A DNA stretch of 64,000 nt from Verrucomicrobiales bacterium (GTDB lineage: Bacteria > Verrucomicrobiota > Verrucomicrobiia > Verrucomicrobiales > V1-33), in NCBI GenBank assembly GCA_031411295.1, contig JANOAV010000035.1, positions 64,001 to 128,000 on the forward strand. Direction: 5' to 3'. Both the position numbers and the translations under genes were made by a program. The notes beneath the pieces are model-generated. The model was not told the origin of the DNA. It ran no database searches and saw only the letters and a list, made by a program, of their open reading frames with translations. Numbering within the stretch: the stretch's first letter is position 1; each line of letters opens with the position of its first letter. Below are positions 30,601-39,058 of this stretch, piece by piece.

Positions 30601-31076
30601 CCGAACTCCTCCGCACCCTGGCCGGGAAACTCAGCGCTCAAGGCACCGCTGACTTGGAAAAGAAATTGGACGCTATGCTGGAACACACCAAGTCACTAGA
30701 ACGCACTATTAAAGCCGCCCAGCAGCGCGAAGCCTCCGGCAAAGCCAAGGAACTTCTCGCCAGCGCCAAGGAAAACATCATCATCGCCAACCTGGGCGAT
30801 GTGGATGCCGACTACCTCGTAGCCGTGACTGATGTGCTCAAAGTGCAACTGAACGGCGTGGTCGTCCTCGGCGGCACCGGCGGCGGAAACGTCGCGTTAG
30901 TGGCCAGCGTGGGTAAAGATTGGCAAGCCCGCGTGCAGGCAGGCAAAATCATCTCCGCCATCGCCCCCATCGTCGGCGGCAAAGGCGGCGGCAAACCCGA
31001 CTTCGCCCGCGGCGGCGGCAAGGACAGCAGCAAAGTGGACCAAGCCCTGACTGAGGCACGGAAGTTGATTGGATAG
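27606..31076 (+). CDS. alaS: Alanine--tRNA ligase with a ~240-aa in-frame RAYT/REP insertion
   Basis: FTNAGMNQF, HHTFFEMLGNWSFGDYFK, DTGMGFER, editing HHTVTH and ELCGGTH, GGKGGGK; 1156 aa, much longer than a typical AlaRS. Confidence 0.96.
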   Translation: MTSAQIRQSFLDFFKSKQHTIVPSDNVGYTSRDGARIFTNAGMNQFVPIFLGERTADVDTWPGVLSKGLPTRAADTQKCIRAGGKHNDLEDVGLDTYHHTFFEMLGNWSFGDYFKKEAIAWAWELVIEKWKFPPTRVFATIYQPGPGDPADRDQEAWDIWAEKFRSVGLDPDIHIVNGNKKDNFWMMADTGPCGPCTEVHIDLTPGPIALDEDRQRAGAKLVNGSDASCIEIWNNVFIQYNANPDGTFVPLPAQHVDTGMGFERVCSIIQGTKNFTDFETAKISNYDTDVFKPIFDELTKLSGKHYKSTLPKANEQGNVVPVTEQEKIDVAFRVIADHLRTLSFSIADGIQPGNSDRNYTLRRILRRAVKYGRTLEFQEPFFYKLVDVLAEHMGDVFPEIRVKREQVKAVLKVEEESFNRTLDKGIVLFESEANRLLGTAGAAPGRAGVSPAGVGVPPTSQGVSPSSGASRTKRRTLPHFEKPWAIYNLTVTTRDRRFLTPEARTITLDAIKHFDGKRFELFAACVMPDHFHMLLQPWPKENDGTSVFWTLGEIMHSVKSFTAKEINKQEGTTGSVWNEERFDRYIRSDADLEEKYNYILDNPRRAEIVSMVGEYQWTWTHDDRLGETPEGSETLRAFGETPNAAGGTPALPVPCDASGIVPSGATCADSSGRAGVPPLSADFAFRLYDEQGFPLDLTELLARERGLTVDTAGFEKLMDEQKARARAAGQKNKQIVSVSEIETKEPTKFIGYDALEADAKVLEVVSMKDKTAVVLDTSTCYAEMGGQVGDAGNFIIGANNFPIVSTTKVGNTWLHFLEGEDAPAVGSTVRLAVDAERRHAIERHHTVTHILHWALHEVVNKDATQKGSNVTPEKLTFDFNSAALTPNQLADIERLVNERIVANESVSWSEVPYADIKSNPGIMALFGEKYGDLVRVVQIGGKPHALNGYSMELCGGTHTRGTGEIGLFKLVSESAVAAGVRRIEAIAGLEAYHTARSETELLRTLAGKLSAQGTADLEKKLDAMLEHTKSLERTIKAAQQREASGKAKELLASAKENIIIANLGDVDADYLVAVTDVLKVQLNGVVVLGGTGGGNVALVASVGKDWQARVQAGKIISAIAPIVGGKGGGKPDFARGGGKDSSKVDQALTEARKLIG
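28937..29639 (+). mobile_element. REP-associated tyrosine transposase (RAYT, Y1/IS200-like fold) with flanking REP hairpins, in frame within alaS
   Basis: RRTLPHF, HUH motif VMPDHFH, KSFTAKEIN, WNEERFDRYIR, YILDNP; GGGTAG-headed hairpin cluster 28937-29022, inverse cluster 29480-29561, third REP start 29619. Confidence 0.88.
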
Positions 31077-31291
31077 GCTGTGACGGCTACTGAACTCACC
31101 GCTCATTTGACAGCGCCCCCTGACTTGCCTGAAATGAGGAACACCGAACCCTACCTTGCTTCCGAGGCCATGCGGCACAACGTTCGTGGCATTCGTCAGA
31201 AAATCATGAAGCGCAGTCCAGACGTCATGTGCGCGCTCGACGACTATCCACCCACTTCATGGGCGCCGAATGGGGCGCGGTTAAGCCCAAG

Positions 31292-31320
31292 TTGACAAGC
31301 CCCCGCTCGTCCCGCATGTT
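31292..31320 (+). promoter_or_regulatory. Putative sigma70 promoter, leaderless transcript
   Basis: TTGACA-17nt-CATGTT, 5 nt before the ATG at 31326. Confidence 0.55.
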
Positions 31321-31325
31321 GCTCC

Positions 31326-32159
31326 ATGGCCCAGCGGTATCTAGACCCGAAAAACGCCATCGTGTTCAAGCGCATATTTGGCGAGCATCCGCTGATTCTG
31401 CGCTCGTTTCTCAATGCGTTATTGCCATTGCCGGAGGATGGTCCGATCGTTTCACTCGAGTATCTCAATCCCGAGCAAGTGCCGCAGTTGCCGCTGCTGA
31501 AAAACTCCATCGTGGATGTTCGCTGTCGAGATCAACAGGGACGGCAATTTATCGTGGAAATGCAAATGAACTGGACCAGTGCGTTTTTGCAACGGGTGCT
31601 CTTCAATGCCAGCAAAGCCTACGTTAGACAGCTGGAACGCGGGGAGCAATACGAACTGCTGCAGCCAGTGATGGGCCTGTCCTTGCTGGATGATATCTTT
31701 GACCGCAAGAGCGACGAATATTATCATCACTATCAATTGGTAAACACCGGTCAGCCTGAACGCGTGATTAAGGATTTACAGTTAGTGTTCGTCGAGTTAC
31801 CCAAGTTCAAGCCCTCGCGAGCCATGGCTCCGCTTAAACGGGCGTGGATTCGCTTCCTGCGGGAAACGGGCGATGCGTCCACCAGTGAGGCCCAGGCTGT
31901 ATTGAAATCAGAAGTAGCCAGCCAGGCCCCAGAGATTCAAAATGCGCTGGAGTTGTCAGGCGAAGCCGGTTTCAGCCGAGGCGAATTGGAAGCCTATGAC
32001 CGCTACTGGGACGCAGTGAGTTCCGAGCGCACCCTTATTTCAGGAAAATTTTCCGAAGGAAAGGCCGAAGGAAAGGCCGAAACAGAACTGGCTTTGGTAG
32101 CCAAACTTGTGGCCGGAGGCATGAGCGAAGCAGAGGCCAAACGATTGGTTCACGATTAA
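31326..32159 (+). CDS. Rpn family recombination-promoting nuclease / PD-(D/E)XK nuclease (PDDEXK_2-like)
   Basis: YLDPKN..FKRIFG, SIVDVRC, FIVEMQ, FVELPKF and C-terminal EGKAEGKAE. Confidence 0.9.
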   Translation: MAQRYLDPKNAIVFKRIFGEHPLILRSFLNALLPLPEDGPIVSLEYLNPEQVPQLPLLKNSIVDVRCRDQQGRQFIVEMQMNWTSAFLQRVLFNASKAYVRQLERGEQYELLQPVMGLSLLDDIFDRKSDEYYHHYQLVNTGQPERVIKDLQLVFVELPKFKPSRAMAPLKRAWIRFLRETGDASTSEAQAVLKSEVASQAPEIQNALELSGEAGFSRGELEAYDRYWDAVSSERTLISGKFSEGKAEGKAETELALVAKLVAGGMSEAEAKRLVHD

Positions 32160-32174
32160 GGGCATTGCACGTAG

Positions 32175-32207
32175 AAAAAGCCGCTTGGGGGCACCAAGCG
32201 GTTTTTT
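32175..32207. terminator. Bidirectional rho-independent terminator
   Basis: AAAAAGCCGCTTGG...CCAAGCGGTTTTTT. Confidence 0.8.
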
Positions 32208-32701
32208 GATTTGGGGAATGCGGGTCTGGTCGCGCATTTGTTTAAGAAGCTTTCGGGAAAAACTTAAGTCTGCTTCCTCCAGATCCACCCTCACGCTCGA
32301 AATCGACGCATCCTTGGACCGGTCCATGGAGCTTCCCCAGAGCAGGCGGCCATCGCTGAGACGGTGGTCGTCGTCATAGAAGGAGTTCGTCTCCATGACT
32401 TCCCTTGGTAGCGCCCAAGTTCGTTTCAACGCTTAATATCAGTCATAAGAGCGTTCATGCTTACTTCCGGACGCTTTCGTCATTTCCACCACTGACAGTG
32501 TGGAATTTACAGACAATCTGCTGGAGGGATGCCGCTTTTAGCGGCTCGGCTGCTGTTGTCTGGTGGCTTGGCAGGGAATGAGACGGGCTGAAAAGAAATT
32601 TTTAGTCGGCAATCATTTCTTGCGCAAATCACAAAAACATCGCAGAACTACCCCGGCTAATTCCCCCCGAACCCCAAAATTTTCGATCTACCCTAATTCC
32701 C

Positions 32702-34261
32702 ATGATTCTGACTACCTGTATTCAAAGTATCGCATTCGCAGCCTTTCTTGTTTTCCCCGAAGGGGACAGCAAGGGCCTCCAAGGAGAACTCAAGACCGCT
32801 TATGAAGCGCTGCAGACCAATGACTACGCCAAGGCGTTGAAGGGTTTCAAGGGCTTGGCTGACAAAAATGACAAGAAAGCACTGCTGGCCATGGGACGGA
32901 TTTATCAACAAGGCCTGCCTGGCAAGGATGGCGTCCAGCCGGATCTCAAAGCAGCCGAGGGATACTATCGGAAGGCCAGCGCTGCCGGAGAAGAAGCTGC
33001 CGGGTTGGAATTGGCGGTAATCCTGCTGGGCGATGCGGCCGACGCCAAGCGCCAGAAGGAAGGTCAGGACCTGCTGAAAACGGCGGCGGAGAAATCCTCC
33101 AAAGCCATGCTTCTGCTAGGACAACTGCAAGCCAACGGTCAGGGTTTCACCCAGGACCTGTCGGCGGCACGGGAAAATTTCGAGAAAGCCGCCTCCAAAG
33201 GCGAAGGCGAGGCCTACAATTTCCTGGCCCAGATGTATGAATCTGGCAAAGGCGTGAAACAAAGCCTGCAGGACGCAGTGGACAACTATGAGAATGCCGC
33301 CAAGCTCGATTCGGTTACTTCGATGCTCAAGCTGGGCAACATTTACGCGAATGGCGTTAAGGATGGCGACAAGGAATTGATCAAGCCAGATCTGGCCAAG
33401 GCCAAATCTTATCTCCAAACCGCTGCCGCCAAGGAAGATGACAAAAAGCACGGCACCACCGGCACCATGAACCTGGCCGCCTTCTATGAACTCTATGAGA
33501 AGAAGCCGGAAGACGCCTTGGCCGCTTACAAGAAGGCCGCGGAGATCGGTGATTACAACGCCATGGTCAAGGTGGGCAACATGCTGACGGACGGCCAAGG
33601 CACGGCCAAGAATCCCGAGAGCGCTTTCAAATCCTATCTCGCATCGACTGCGGAGACCGAATCTGGTAAACTCAGCGGCAGTCCTGCGGGCATGATGGCC
33701 GTTTCCATCTCGTATGAAAAGGGCACTGGGGTGAAGGCAGATCCGGCCAAGGCCAAACAATGGCTGATGTATTCCGCGATCGGCGGATATGCTCCCGCCA
33801 TGCGGCAACTCGGCGTTAATTACAAGGACGGCAAAAGTGCCCTCAAGGACATCGTGGCCTCCATCACTTGGCTGCAAAAAGCCTTGGCGGCGGGCGATGC
33901 GGAATCTGCCATGATCCTCTCCGAAATGCTGGAAAAGGGGGAAAGCGATCTGCCGCAAGATTTCCGTCAAAGCAACGCCCTGCTGACCAAGGTGGCCGAA
34001 GCGGGATCCCCCGAAGCGCAACTCCGCCTCGCCAACAACAACTACGAAGGCAAAGGGACCTCCAAGGATGTCATCCGCGCCTATGCTTTATTGCTGGCCG
34101 CTGGTGATTACGAGCCCGCCAAGAAAAAGCGCGAGGAAGTGGTTAAAACACTGACCAAGGAACAAATCGCAGAAGCCAACAAGGAAGTGGACCGCATGCG
34201 CAACAAGCCATCTGCCGCAGTGGCCCCAGCTGACGCCAAAGGGGCTGATAAAGCCAAATAA
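32702..34261 (+). CDS. Sel1-like repeat protein, secreted
   Basis: Repeated A..LG..Y..G.GV..D...A..W/Y..AA..G units; hydrophobic N-terminus. Confidence 0.88.
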   Translation: MILTTCIQSIAFAAFLVFPEGDSKGLQGELKTAYEALQTNDYAKALKGFKGLADKNDKKALLAMGRIYQQGLPGKDGVQPDLKAAEGYYRKASAAGEEAAGLELAVILLGDAADAKRQKEGQDLLKTAAEKSSKAMLLLGQLQANGQGFTQDLSAARENFEKAASKGEGEAYNFLAQMYESGKGVKQSLQDAVDNYENAAKLDSVTSMLKLGNIYANGVKDGDKELIKPDLAKAKSYLQTAAAKEDDKKHGTTGTMNLAAFYELYEKKPEDALAAYKKAAEIGDYNAMVKVGNMLTDGQGTAKNPESAFKSYLASTAETESGKLSGSPAGMMAVSISYEKGTGVKADPAKAKQWLMYSAIGGYAPAMRQLGVNYKDGKSALKDIVASITWLQKALAAGDAESAMILSEMLEKGESDLPQDFRQSNALLTKVAEAGSPEAQLRLANNNYEGKGTSKDVIRAYALLLAAGDYEPAKKKREEVVKTLTKEQIAEANKEVDRMRNKPSAAVAPADAKGADKAK

Positions 34262-34615
34262 CTCAAGAGTTCAAATCCAAATCCGCAAACGGGCTGATCC
34301 TAACCAGGGTCAGCTCGTTTGCTTTTCCCAGGGACTGGGGCCTTGGAAGAGGAGGCAGCGCGACCCGATGACCAAGCCAAACGGTAGAATGTGAGGCAGC
34401 CCGCTGGGCTGATCTACACTGATTATTCCACAGCCGCCACTGGGAGAGGTGTGCTTCCAATAAAGGGCTTCGCCTGTGGAATAAACCCTCCTACCAGGCG
34501 CTCCTCCGTGAAAATTATTCCTTGCCACCCGGGCCAGCGAGCAGGATGCGAAACCCTGCTGATTGCCAATTTACGTCAACTGAGCACCAGCATCCCCCCT
34601 CCAATCTGATTTTCC

Positions 34616-36346
34616 ATGCAACTATCCCGCATCCTTGCCTACGTCCGGCGTTATCCCAACATGATCGTGCTGCAACTGCTCAGCGCCATCGGGGGGGCCT
34701 TGATTGTGTGGGTGCCGCCGTGGGCCATTCAACAAATTGTCGATGGCGTGAACAAGCACATCGGCACCACTGCCCTGCTCCCCATGGCCGGGTTGGCTGC
34801 GCTGGCTTACTTCGGACGGGATTTCCTGAACGGGACCCGAATCATGCTGAATAATACGTTAGAGCAAAAGGTCATTCGCGACATCCGCAGCGATCTCTAC
34901 GAACGCTTGCAGCGTCTCCCGCTCCCATGGTTCGACAGCAAACCCACAGGCGATCTCATGACCACCGTGGCCGAGGACGTGCCCAGTATGGAACGCATGT
35001 TGATCGATGGGGTGGAGCAGGGGCTCGTAGCCGTGCTGCAAATCCTGGCCGTGGGAGCGTATTTATTTCACATTAACCATCAGTTAGCATTGATGACGCT
35101 GGTGCCCATTCCGCTGCTAGCCATCGGGGCTTTGCTTTACACACTGACGGCCAAGGGCCGCTACAAAGCCATGCGCACCGCCACCAGCGAAATGAATTCG
35201 CTGCTGCACGATAACATTTCCGGCATTCGGCAAATCAAGGCCTACGGCATGGAGAAGGATGAACATGACCGCTTCAACAGCTATAGCAATCGGCTGCGCC
35301 TGGCCACCCTGAAAGTCATGCGCACTTGGGCGGTCTATAATCCCACCATGAGCTTCCTGGGCTCCATGGGCGTGGTGCTCGTGTTGCTGAGCGTTGGCTT
35401 CAACTGGGTAACGGTCACTCCGAGCCCGGGCGAACTAACCGGTCTGCTCTGGAGCCTGGTTCTGTTCTATGAACCCGTGGGCCGACTCCATTCGCTTAAT
35501 CAAATTTTCCAAGCGGGCCGGGCCGCCTCCGAGCGCGTCTTCGGTATCCTGGATGCCGCAGAAGAGCCTCACGTCAGCGATGGGGCGACGCTGAAAATCT
35601 CGTCCGCGCATGTGAAATTCGACAACGTGGTCTTCACCTATAGCGGTAAAAACGCCACCCTGCGTGGGGTTAGTCTGGAAGCGAAGCCCGGCCAGACCAT
35701 CGCCCTCGTCGGGCCGACGGGAGCCGGGAAATCCACTGCGATCAATCTACTAACACGCTTCTACGAGGCGGAATCCGGCACCATCACGATCGACGACCAA
35801 AACATCCAAACTCTCTCCAAGCCCAGTCTGCGGGCCGCCATCGGCTATGTGACCCAGGAAAGTTTCCTCTTCAATGGCACCGTGCGCGACAACCTTGTCA
35901 TCGCCAAGCGGGATGCCACCGACGAAGATCTCTGGCGCGTGCTGGAAGCCGCCAACGCCAAAGCCTTCGTCGAGCGCCTGCCGGAACTCTTGGATACCCA
36001 AGTGGGCGAACGCGGGGTGCGCCTCAGCGTGGGAGAGAAACAACGCATTTCCATTGCTCGCGCCTTGCTGAAGAACCCGCCCATCCTGCTGCTGGATGAA
36101 GCCACTGCCAGTGTGGACACAGAAACGGAACGCCTCATCCAGGAAGCGTTGGAGCGCCTCATGGTCAACCGCACCAGCCTCGTCATCGCCCACCGCCTCA
36201 GCACCGTGCGCCACGCAGATCGCATCTACGTGTTCGATCAAGGACAGATCGTAGAACAAGGCACCCATGAAGAACTGCTAGCCGAAAACGGCCTCTACGC
36301 CGACCTCTGCCGCAAATCCCTCATGGCCGAGCCAGCCGCAGTCTAG
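34616..36346 (+). CDS. ABC transporter permease/ATP-binding fusion (exporter)
   Basis: TM domain; GPTGAGKS, LSVGEKQR, LLLDEATAS and IAHRLST motifs. Confidence 0.93.
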   Translation: MQLSRILAYVRRYPNMIVLQLLSAIGGALIVWVPPWAIQQIVDGVNKHIGTTALLPMAGLAALAYFGRDFLNGTRIMLNNTLEQKVIRDIRSDLYERLQRLPLPWFDSKPTGDLMTTVAEDVPSMERMLIDGVEQGLVAVLQILAVGAYLFHINHQLALMTLVPIPLLAIGALLYTLTAKGRYKAMRTATSEMNSLLHDNISGIRQIKAYGMEKDEHDRFNSYSNRLRLATLKVMRTWAVYNPTMSFLGSMGVVLVLLSVGFNWVTVTPSPGELTGLLWSLVLFYEPVGRLHSLNQIFQAGRAASERVFGILDAAEEPHVSDGATLKISSAHVKFDNVVFTYSGKNATLRGVSLEAKPGQTIALVGPTGAGKSTAINLLTRFYEAESGTITIDDQNIQTLSKPSLRAAIGYVTQESFLFNGTVRDNLVIAKRDATDEDLWRVLEAANAKAFVERLPELLDTQVGERGVRLSVGEKQRISIARALLKNPPILLLDEATASVDTETERLIQEALERLMVNRTSLVIAHRLSTVRHADRIYVFDQGQIVEQGTHEELLAENGLYADLCRKSLMAEPAAV

Positions 36347-36449
36347 CCCGCATTTCTCACCAGATTCAGCTGCGGCCCCCACGCAGCACTTGGGCACTAA
36401 CCGTGTTTATGGGATTGCAAGAGCCCCTGCCCGGTATGATTGTGCGAAC

Positions 36450-37340
36450 ATGAGAAATTTTCTTAATTCAGCAAGGTTGTGCTGGGGCGTGATGTGCTTC
36501 TGGCTGACTGGGCCGCCACTCGTCTGCGCACGTGAATTTACCAACGCTGAGGGGAAGCAGCTTGAGGGAACGATTGTCTCCGCTACGAAGGATAATTTTG
36601 TCATTGAAACACCAGAACGGAAACGCCTGACCATTCCCCTGAATAAAGTGGTGGCTGCTGACCGGGAATTTGTGGTGCAGTGGCGGAAGGTCAATCCTGA
36701 GATCAAACTAACGGTGTCGGCCATGAAATAGCGATCCGAAAAAGGAACCCCGTCCGCGAGTGGGAGGATTGATCAAGGGCATTGGAAAATCACGATCAAA
36801 AACAACACCCCGGAGCCGGTGGAAAACCTCAAGCTATACTACCTGCAGGTTAAGGAACTGAAGGACGAGATGGAAACGGAGCGGAGCAAGATGCTCAAGA
36901 TTTTCAAAGAAGCCGGTTCGATGGACTTGGAACCGCTGCCGGCTTTCGGTTCTATCGTGATGAACACGAATGATCTAACGGTGGGAAACTTTTACGGCAC
37001 GAACACCGCCGGTTACGTCGAGAAGTGGACCTCTGATCTGAACGCCCTGAATGTCGAAATCCTCTGGGGCAAACGACCAGTGTCCACTACGACTATTGGG
37101 AATTATGCCGGTCTGGGGTCAGGGCAGGCGGAAGTTGAGAAGCTAGCGAAGGATGGCGAACTCTCCGAGGAAGATCGCACCAAGGCGCGGGAGGAACGGA
37201 AGCAAAAGCGTCTGGACGCCCAAGTCGATCGGGATGGCGAGAAAGTAAATCCAACTGCGACGGAGGACACGGAGAAGGTTGGCGGCTCTGCGACGGAGCG
37301 GGACGGAGAATCGGTGCAGACCAAGCTCAAGCAAAAATAG
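36450..37340 (+). pseudogene. Secreted SHD1-like domain protein interrupted by an in-frame TAG (36729-36731)
   Basis: REFTNAEGKQLEG...IPLNKVVAADREFV; the frame continues without shift after the stop (RSEKG...WKITIKNNTPEPVENLKLYY). Confidence 0.65.
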
Positions 37341-37397
37341 TCGGCGGATTACTAATCAACTAAGGAGGGTGGACATACGGTCCCGGTTGCGGGCAGA

Positions 37398-38321
37398 CTA
37401 ACCTTTCATCGGGAAGCAAACTTTCGTCCGGAGTTCCGCCTCTGGTGTGCTCTGCGGGCTGTTTTCATAAATCTCGAAGGGGTGGATCGACTTGTTGGAG
37501 CGAAACAATTTCGCCCTGCCATGACTCATGCCCGCGCTCCAGGCATTGCCGAGATGACGATAGGCACCCACATGCAGAATGGTATAGACGGGACCAGCAG
37601 GCAGGTTTCCGCTGACAAATTCGGCCGTTACTTGCGGCAGCGAGGCCACGGGAATGCCAACGGTATATTCCACGAAATTCTTCATGGGATTCCAGCGATG
37701 ATACTGGGCGAAGGGGCTCCCAGTGGGCTCCAGGCCGCTTTGCTGGAACCACGATTCCAGTTTCCGGAGTGCGCGCTCCATCTCTGGACCAATGTCAGGA
37801 ATGGCGCAGCGGGATTTCACTCCGATGTAGTTGCATCCGGCAAAATTATCCGCGCCCAAAAACTCCAGACGGGATGGGGCCGAGCCTTTTTCCACCACGT
37901 CTTTCAAGAGCTTGAGTCCGCGGTCATAGCCCATGCCTACGAACGTCTCCATCATCCGTTTGAGGAAGAACATGAAGAAGGGCAGGGAGCCATCCATGCT
38001 CCAATGGACCTGCGTCCCACCGGCTTGGGGAACAAGTTCGAAGCTCACGGAGGCCACCGATTTCCAAGGCTTGAGAAAGGTGAGGCGGCAATCCATCCGA
38101 TGCGCGGGATCTTCCTCGAGGAGTTCCATTTGCCCACTGCCGATGATCTTGCCATCCCACTGATAGCTCCGGCCATCCGCAGCATACGTCATGCTGCAAC
38201 CGGGCTCAATCAAGTTTCAAGGGGACCAAGCGGGCCATTGCTGAAAGTTCCGCAGCGCTGGATAAATTTGCTCTGGGGTGGCTTGGATCACAATCGATTT
38301 TCGGATGGTAAGCTTAGGCAT
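37398..38321 (-). pseudogene. SRPBCC + GyrI-like domain protein interrupted by an in-frame TGA (38217-38219)
   Basis: MPKLTIRKSIVIQA...QQWPAWSP*NLIEPG, where WSPW is expected; GyrI-like HVGAYRHLGNAW and PFEIYENSP. Confidence 0.75.
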
Positions 38322-38439
38322 AAGACAAATGGTGGTTGGATGCCGTTGCATTGGAGCACGGTTAGCAACTGAGAGCAAGCCAGAACTGTTTCCTGAAGCC
38401 GGACGTTAGAGGGAATGTTCCACAGGAAAGTTGCTTACG

Positions 38440-38803
38440 GGGGTGTTCAAAATCAGACTTCTAACCAATGATGTATTACTGCGTTAGTTAAGACTGTATT
38501 GTCCCCGGCAGGGGACGCAGAGCTTAGCCGGGGGTTGAGCGCAGCGATACCCCCGGTAACCTTACAAAATGACCGCATCCCGGCAGGGATGCCAGAAAAG
38601 GAGCAGGCTGGGAACATGTCAGGCTCACAATCCGATCAGATTGCCGATCTGGCATCCCTACCGGGATGCAACTCTTTAGGGATCTGTCCGGGGGTATCGC
38701 TACGCTCAACCCCGGCTAAGCACTGCGGCCCCTGCCGGGGACAATCCCGGCTTAGATAAGGCAGGATTTATGTCCCGGTTAGGAGCCGTCTTTTGAACAC
38801 CCC
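38440..38803. mobile_element. Putative MITE with 13-bp terminal inverted repeats enclosing a long REP-like palindrome
   Basis: GGGGTGTTCAAAA 38440-38452 / TTTTGAACACCCC 38791-38803; internal nested inverted repeat ~38500-38743. Confidence 0.65.
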
Positions 38804-39058
38804 AGTCCCTTACCTCTACGGTGTCATTTGGATCGGCGTTGGGTTACTGCGCCTGCGTGCCAGGTTCCTTGCTAGACCACAACTTCGAAATGAAAAGTAG
38901 AGTTACAAGCGACGCGCGTCCCGCCGTCGTCATTATGCCGAGCAGATTTAACGTGTGACGGGAACGCGGCCAGCGTCGGCGGCTGGAAGCACGCCGCCCC
39001 CAGCGAAGCCTGCGGAATAATCAGTCCTAGCCGGACGCCAGAGCGAATGGAGCCGTCA

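Noticed and set aside
31080..31295. 71-aa ORF directly after alaS
   Set aside because: GTG start, no recognisable domain, and it runs into the Rpn promoter.
32040..32429. Minus-strand 129-aa ORF
   Set aside because: It reads through a terminator into the Rpn gene and has no family motifs.
34263..34615. Possible cobalamin riboswitch or DnaA boxes upstream of the ABC transporter (GCCACTGGGAGAGG; TTATTCCACAG/CTGTGGAATAA)
   Set aside because: The other conserved cobalamin elements are missing and the DnaA-like words are imperfect; only an 11-bp inverted repeat is supported.
36729..38219. Alternative genetic code (TGA=Trp or TAG reassigned)
   Set aside because: Well-conserved genes in the window end properly at TGA or TAG (acs, alaS, rplY, the kinases).
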